DNA of 32,000 nt, from contig NC_010163.1 in NCBI RefSeq assembly GCF_000018785.1, positions 510,001 to 542,000 on the forward strand, read 5' to 3'. Below are positions 27,193 through 32,000 of the stretch, piece after piece. Numbering within the stretch: the stretch's first letter is position 1; the number at the start of each line of letters is the position of its first letter. This DNA comes from Acholeplasma laidlawii PG-8A. Lineage in GTDB: Bacteria > Bacillota_I > Bacilli_A > Acholeplasmatales > Acholeplasmataceae. Both the position numbers and the translations under genes were made by a program. The notes under the pieces are model-generated. The model did not search any database and was not told the origin of the DNA. It saw only the letters and a list, made by a program, of their open reading frames with translations.

Positions 27193-28575
27193 ATGATAAA
27201 CGAACAAATCAAAATAAATGATCTTATAGAAATAGAAATTAAAAAACTAGGTATTAATGGCGAAGGTATTGGATATTACCATAAACTTGCTGTTTTTGTT
27301 GATAATGCATTACCTGGTGAAATAATTACAGCAAAGGTGACTGAAATCTTTCCTAACCGCTTATTAGCAGATATTGAAGAAATTAAAGTTAAAAGTCCAG
27401 ATAGACTAGAAGTGATGTTTCCAGAGTATGAACTATGTGGTGCATACAGTATGCAACATGTGACATATGAAAAGTCACTACAAATTAAACGTGATATTTT
27501 AATTAACGCCCTTAATAGATACGTAGATAAGAAGATAGTTTATTCAAAAATCAAACAAACAATAGGTATGAATGAACCACTTGGTTATAGAAACAAAGTG
27601 TCTTTACCCGTTAGAAAATTAGAAGGTAAAAACAAATTTGGATTATATGCTAAAGGTGGTAATGAATTTATACCAGTAAATGATACACCTGTACATCAAC
27701 CTAGAATTAATGAGATTATCCAAATTGTTGAAACACTCATGGATCAACATAAATTTCATGCCTATATCCAAAAAGATAAAAGTGGTTATATGAAGTCTAT
27801 GGTTATTAGACGATCATATACGACTGGTGAAGTTCAAGTATCATTCTTACTCATGAAAAAATTTGAGGGTATTGCTAAGTTTACTGAAGCGCTTGTTGCA
27901 CAATGTCCAGACATTGTCAGTGTATTTGCATTCTATACGGATAAATATAAAGAGCAGATATTCTTTACTAACAACTACGAAAACCTATTTGGTAAAGCAA
28001 CCATTAATGAGAAAATAAATCATCAAACATTCTCATTATATCCTGAAGCCTTTTTCCAATTAAATACGGTGATGGCAGATAAGTTCTATAATAAAATGAG
28101 AGAACTAGCAAATCTACAACCTACAGATGTTGTCATAGACGCTTATGCAGGATCAGCACCAATTAGCCATTACATTGCTAAAGATGTGAAAAAAGTTTAT
28201 GCAATAGAAATTGATCAAAGAAGTGTTCAAAGTGCTATATTATCTTTAAAGCGAAATAACATTAAAAATGTGACAGTCATTCAATCTGACTTTAAGAAGG
28301 CCTTAAAAAATCTTGAAGTGGATACGATTGATGCAATGTTCTTTGACCCACCTAGAACTGGTCTTGGCTATGATACAATTAAGCAAATACTGAAATACAA
28401 GCCGAAGAAACTTATTTATGGTTCTTGTAATCCTTCGACTTTAGCTAAAGATTTAGAAGATTTATTAAAGACTTATGAACTTAAGAGTTTAATTCCAATG
28501 GATATGTTTCCTTATACCCCCTTGGTCGAAAGTGTTTCATTACTAGAATTAAGAACAGATTTAGAGACTGTATAA
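27193..28575 (+). CDS. RlmD/TrmA-family uracil-C5-methyltransferase paralog lacking most Fe-S cysteines
   Basis: FFDPPRTGL and YGSCNPSTLAKDLEDL retained; CX5CGGC is replaced by FPEYELCGAY and NTCGVQH by NDTPVHQ. Confidence 0.88.
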   Translation: MINEQIKINDLIEIEIKKLGINGEGIGYYHKLAVFVDNALPGEIITAKVTEIFPNRLLADIEEIKVKSPDRLEVMFPEYELCGAYSMQHVTYEKSLQIKRDILINALNRYVDKKIVYSKIKQTIGMNEPLGYRNKVSLPVRKLEGKNKFGLYAKGGNEFIPVNDTPVHQPRINEIIQIVETLMDQHKFHAYIQKDKSGYMKSMVIRRSYTTGEVQVSFLLMKKFEGIAKFTEALVAQCPDIVSVFAFYTDKYKEQIFFTNNYENLFGKATINEKINHQTFSLYPEAFFQLNTVMADKFYNKMRELANLQPTDVVIDAYAGSAPISHYIAKDVKKVYAIEIDQRSVQSAILSLKRNNIKNVTVIQSDFKKALKNLEVDTIDAMFFDPPRTGLGYDTIKQILKYKPKKLIYGSCNPSTLAKDLEDLLKTYELKSLIPMDMFPYTPLVESVSLLELRTDLETV

Positions 28576-28589
28576 AATATATAATTATA

Positions 28590-28636
28590 ACGAAACAGAT
28601 ACATAAAAGCAAAAATGCTTTATGTATCTGTTTTGT
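28590..28636 (+). terminator. Strong Rho-independent terminator
   Basis: AAACAGATACATAAAAGC ... GCTTTATGTATCTGTTTT hairpin. Confidence 0.82.
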
Positions 28637-28683
28637 TATAGGTGATAAAAAGATAATTATATTATGGCTATATTGTTAGTTCA

Positions 28684-28926
28684 TTAGAATATACCGGATG
28701 ATTTTTGACCAGTAACCTTTTCATATAAAATTTCACTTAATAGTATAAACTGAGAAGGTACATAATGGATTGGCATTTTAAATTGATAGAACTCATCCTT
28801 ATAGTATATTTGAATATTTCTTCCAAGATCTCCAGGTAACTGAGGTACCTCTTCAACAGGTATTGTAAAGGCAACTTGTTCATTTTTAGCTGTCATTTTT
28901 TGTTTCATGTTTTTTATATGCTTCAT
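28684..28926 (-). CDS. Hypothetical protein (80 aa)
   Basis: Complete ORF with non-repetitive composition in a region with no competing ORF. Confidence 0.45.
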   Translation of the reverse strand: MKHIKNMKQKMTAKNEQVAFTIPVEEVPQLPGDLGRNIQIYYKDEFYQFKMPIHYVPSQFILLSEILYEKVTGQKSSGIF

Positions 28927-29232
28927 TGCTAGATAGTTTTGACGATAGACGAAGAAGTTTAAGTAGTGTTGAAGATTCTATGCTTAAAAATCAAATTATA
29001 AGTCTAATAATATAATCAATTATAGAATTTCACGACTTATAATAAACTATATGATATAGTATAGATATAAACTCGAAAGATAAACTTCACAAGTAAATAT
29101 GCTTGCCTATGTGCATGGAAGAAGAAAAGATTAAACGATAAAAATTCCTGCTGAAATTTTTTATATAGGTCATAAGTATTTAAAAATGAAAGTAGAAGCT
29201 ACATGTAAATTTGTGAAGGAGATTTTAAAAAT

Positions 29233-29754
29233 ATGAGAAATATATTTAAGAAAGTTACGATGATGGGAATAATTATTACGTGTTTAGGTTTTTTTTCTGG
29301 GTGCAGCACTGGTATCAAAGAACAATCTGTCAGTGATATGATTGAGCTACATACGTGGCATTTTACTTCGGGAATACGAAATAATGCAATTAAAGTTAAA
29401 CATACCGATAACACAGTTTTTGAATGCACTGTTGACAAAGGATATTTAGTAATTTCAAATGATGATAGTGGTAAAAATGTAATAATCGAATCTGGTGAAA
29501 CTATTTATTGGACGCCATATGATGATAAGCTTGCAACATGGACTGATTTGGCGTATGTTCAGATTGTTTTAAAAGATGAAGATAACATCATAGGCTATGC
29601 GATTATAGAGATAAAGCAAAATCCAGAATACGGATTAAACTACGATGCTGAAATCTTAAAGTCAGTGGTATTTCCAAAAGTAAATGGACAGTATCAATCC
29701 ATAACAGAAGAAGATGTAAATACTGCTATGGCAAGTATCATAGCAGAAAGGTAA
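29233..29754 (+). CDS. Hypothetical lipoprotein (173 aa)
   Basis: Signal plus lipobox MRNIFKKVTMMGIIITCLGFFSGC; SD AAGGAG at 29216-29221. Confidence 0.7.
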   Translation: MRNIFKKVTMMGIIITCLGFFSGCSTGIKEQSVSDMIELHTWHFTSGIRNNAIKVKHTDNTVFECTVDKGYLVISNDDSGKNVIIESGETIYWTPYDDKLATWTDLAYVQIVLKDEDNIIGYAIIEIKQNPEYGLNYDAEILKSVVFPKVNGQYQSITEEDVNTAMASIIAER

Positions 29755-29759
29755 GAAAA

Positions 29760-30020
29760 ATGAATATGAGAAAAGCAATGACAAACAGAAAAAATGTTTC
29801 TTTATTTTTGATGAAGATATTGATACTGGTGTTTCTTGTTTTCATCGTATTAAGGCCAACAAATATATATGCACACACATTAGATTCTGATTTAATTAAA
29901 TTAAGCGAACAAATTCAAGCAACTAGCCTATCAGAATTGTCAGAAGACGAAAGCATAGAGTTCATTGTAGAAAATGGTATCAATTCAATCAATTTCCAGC
30001 CTTTTTTTGTTTTTACCTAA
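29760..30020 (+). CDS. Hypothetical exported protein, apparently truncated at its 3' end
   Basis: Hydrophobic N-terminal segment, then ends inside sequence that codes on the other strand for a transposase-like zinc finger. Confidence 0.45.
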   Translation: MNMRKAMTNRKNVSLFLMKILILVFLVFIVLRPTNIYAHTLDSDLIKLSEQIQATSLSELSEDESIEFIVENGINSINFQPFFVFT

Positions 30021-30261
30021 ACTCAAAACCACAGTTAGGACACTCATAGAAACTGTAGCCTAATTTAGGTGTTTAACATTTAAGCATCCGGTTTACATTT
30101 AAATGAACTGTATCTCTGATATTTAAATGCGGATGAGCCATTAAAAAATCTTCCCAGTAATCCTTAAAGATATCTTTGATGGTATACCCTTTAGTTCGAA
30201 CATTTAGGTTACAATGCTTCATATATTCATTAACCAGAGCACTGTCTGAAACTAATCCCAT
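30016..30261 (-). pseudogene. Remnant of an IS91-like (zinc-binding N-terminal) transposase with an in-frame stop
   Basis: ...KGYTIKDIFKDYWEDFLMAHPHLNIRDTVHLNVNRMLKC*TPKLGYSFYECPNCGFEFR*; TAA at 30075-30073 interrupts the domain. Confidence 0.65.
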
Positions 30262-30290
30262 AACATCACCCTACCCTAATTATAAAACAA

Positions 30291-30316
30291 AACCCGCTAA
30301 GCTAAGCAGGTTTTAA
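30291..30316 (-). terminator. Rho-independent terminator of the MFS gene (minus strand)
   Basis: Minus-strand AAAACCTGCT ... AGCGGGTTTT then GTTTTAT; the T/G position is a wobble pair only on the minus strand. Confidence 0.75.
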
Positions 30317-30335
30317 TAAAAGGGGACGAAGTCAC

Positions 30336-31523
30336 CTATTTGTTCTGATGTGCCAGTTTAATTTTGATGAATAAAATGTACAGTATAGATGCTATAGAAA
30401 TACACATAATAGGTATAAAAATAACACCCAAACTTACCGAAGAATCTATTAATATACTAGTGTATAAATTACCAATAACAGCAGCTAATCCATAACTTAA
30501 ATACATATACCCATAAGTTCTATTAAAGTTATTCTTACCAAAAAGATCTTTGGTAATAATTGGCATTAAAGCTAACCATCCACCCACTGTACCCCAACTA
30601 AGTGTAATTGTTAAGATAAATAACCATAGACTCGAAGGATTTAAAAAGATATAGGTCGTTGAAACGAATAAAGTGATCAGTGATATAAGTATCACTGATA
30701 TTTTTAGTTTAAACTTGTCATAAATAAATCCAAATAGGGGTCTAAATAAACCGTTTGCAAGTGCGAATAAACTCATATAGATAGTAATGGTAGTAATATC
30801 TAAATTATAGTAATCTGTACCAATATAAACGGTTAATCCAATCATAGATAAACCAAACATAATACCTAAAGTAAACAAGATGAAAAATATCGTAAAAGTA
30901 TATTTTGAGGCGTGAACTTTTTCTTTCTTATTTTTGACATAGAGTTTTGATAAATCCAATTTTCTTATAAGTAACCATACAAAGATGGATAGAAGTATGG
31001 TAGATGCAATGCCAAAATATAGTAAAGTATTTTGAAACCCAACAGCATTAAAACTTGACTGTAAAACAGGTGCAACAATTACAGTGGATAAGCCGAAACC
31101 TGCAATTGTTAAACCCACTGCAAGACCTTGATTTTTCTCATAGACTGTTTGAATGATCTGTACAGGGATACCATAGAGTATTCCAACCCCAGTCCCTATG
31201 AAAACACCATGACCTAAAGTAAATATGAGGTAATTGGTTGCATAAGCGGCAATCATATAACCAATACCAATCGATAAAATACCGAGGATTGCCCATTTAT
31301 AAAAATTGGATTTTTTCATAAATCTACCGCTTAACATCACCATAAAGGCAAATACTGCAAGTGATGTTAAATAAGGTATAGAACTTTCGGTATGTGTTAA
31401 TCCAAGTTCATTTTCTATCTGTAATCTAATAACGCTATAGGCATAAACTACACCTATGATGAGTTCAATAATAATCCCACTAATTAATACGGTGAGTTGT
31501 TGTTTTTTGTTTAAGGACTGCAT
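30336..31523 (-). CDS. MFS transporter, OFA (oxalate/formate antiporter-like) family
   Basis: GIIIELIIGVVYAYSVIRLQIENELGLTHTESSIPYLTSLAVFAFMVMLSGR, GIGVGILYGIPVQIIQTVYEKNQGLAVGLTIAGFGLSTV, NGLFRPLFGFIYDK. Confidence 0.88.
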   Translation of the reverse strand: MQSLNKKQQLTVLISGIIIELIIGVVYAYSVIRLQIENELGLTHTESSIPYLTSLAVFAFMVMLSGRFMKKSNFYKWAILGILSIGIGYMIAAYATNYLIFTLGHGVFIGTGVGILYGIPVQIIQTVYEKNQGLAVGLTIAGFGLSTVIVAPVLQSSFNAVGFQNTLLYFGIASTILLSIFVWLLIRKLDLSKLYVKNKKEKVHASKYTFTIFFILFTLGIMFGLSMIGLTVYIGTDYYNLDITTITIYMSLFALANGLFRPLFGFIYDKFKLKISVILISLITLFVSTTYIFLNPSSLWLFILTITLSWGTVGGWLALMPIITKDLFGKNNFNRTYGYMYLSYGLAAVIGNLYTSILIDSSVSLGVIFIPIMCISIASILYILFIKIKLAHQNK

Positions 31524-31671
31524 AAATTATGTCAACTTTTCATCATGATAGATTTCGCTTATAAAAAGCGATAAGATAAGCATACCAAATTTAAATAGAT
31601 AAAATCAACAAATATGATTTGAATATCAAACAATATATAGGTGATTGATAATAACCTAAGAATGAATTTCA

Positions 31672-31700
31672 TTGATAAAACCGGTACCATAAGGTATAAT
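31672..31700 (+). promoter_or_regulatory. Sigma-A promoter for glgA (TTGATA-17-TATAAT)
   Basis: TTGATA 31672-31677, 17-nt spacer, TATAAT 31695-31700. Confidence 0.82.
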
Positions 31701-31746
31701 TTAATTAAATAGAGATAAGTATCTATAAGAAAGGAATTCTCCTTTA

Positions 31747-32000
31747 TGAAAATTTTGTTTTGTAGTTCAGAGGCTTTCCCTTTTAGTAAAACTGGTGGAT
31801 TAGCTGATATGGCTTATTTTTTGCCTAAATCTATTAATGTATTAGGGCATGAAATTGTTGTAATCACACCTTACTATGAAGGCATAAAAAAACACCATGA
31901 AACTATGACTTATCTTGGAACCAAGACAATTTACATGGGACACGGGGAAGTTGTAGTTAATTACTATAAATTAGTATATGAGAGTATCACCTATATATTT
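31747..32000 (+). CDS. glgA: Glycogen (starch) synthase, 5' portion, runs off window
   Basis: MKILFCSSEAFPFSKTGGLADMAYFLPKSINVLGHEIVVITPYYEGI; open to position 32000; not in the supplied ORF track. Confidence 0.9.

Noticed and set aside
1-32000. CRISPR arrays, toxin-antitoxin pairs, restriction-modification, retrons or phage modules
   Set aside because: No regularly spaced direct repeats and no recognisable nuclease, methyltransferase-specificity, reverse transcriptase or phage structural genes were seen; the only mobile-element trace is the transposase remnant near 30016-30261.

Overview
AT-rich Mollicute-type chromosomal window using the standard stop codons. It is consistent with Acholeplasma: the GT4 protein at 959-2155 looks like the A. 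laidlawii monoglucosyldiacylglycerol synthase (recalled similarity, not searched). Left to right it holds: a flippase-like membrane protein gene (open at the left edge); the glucolipid synthase; tRNA-Leu(CAA); an arsC-like reductase; an orphan PTS EIIC-like protein; pncB; a MATE transporter; trmL; a hemolysin III/PAQR protein; ackA; a livHMGF-livK ABC operon whose binding protein carries Ig-like domains; a TetR regulator; a divergent acyl-CoA operon (thiolase, FabG/PhaB-like SDR, KAS III-like, CoA-transferase, two alpha/beta hydrolases); an rlmD-like methyltransferase and a second copy lacking most Fe-S cysteines, on either side of a DUF4430/ECF-S pair and a cshA-like helicase; a short accessory stretch with a lipoprotein and a decayed transposase; an OFA-type MFS gene; and the 5' end of glgA (open at the right edge, absent from the ORF track). 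The strongest unlabelled signal is regulatory. A 15-mer close to TGAACATANATTCAT sits at the promoters of liv, tetR and thiolase, with a weaker copy on the ackA -35. A second cre-like element with core AAGCGTTTTC is shared by the liv leader and the thiolase promoter. Together they suggest one import-and-catabolism regulon ending in acetate kinase ATP production.
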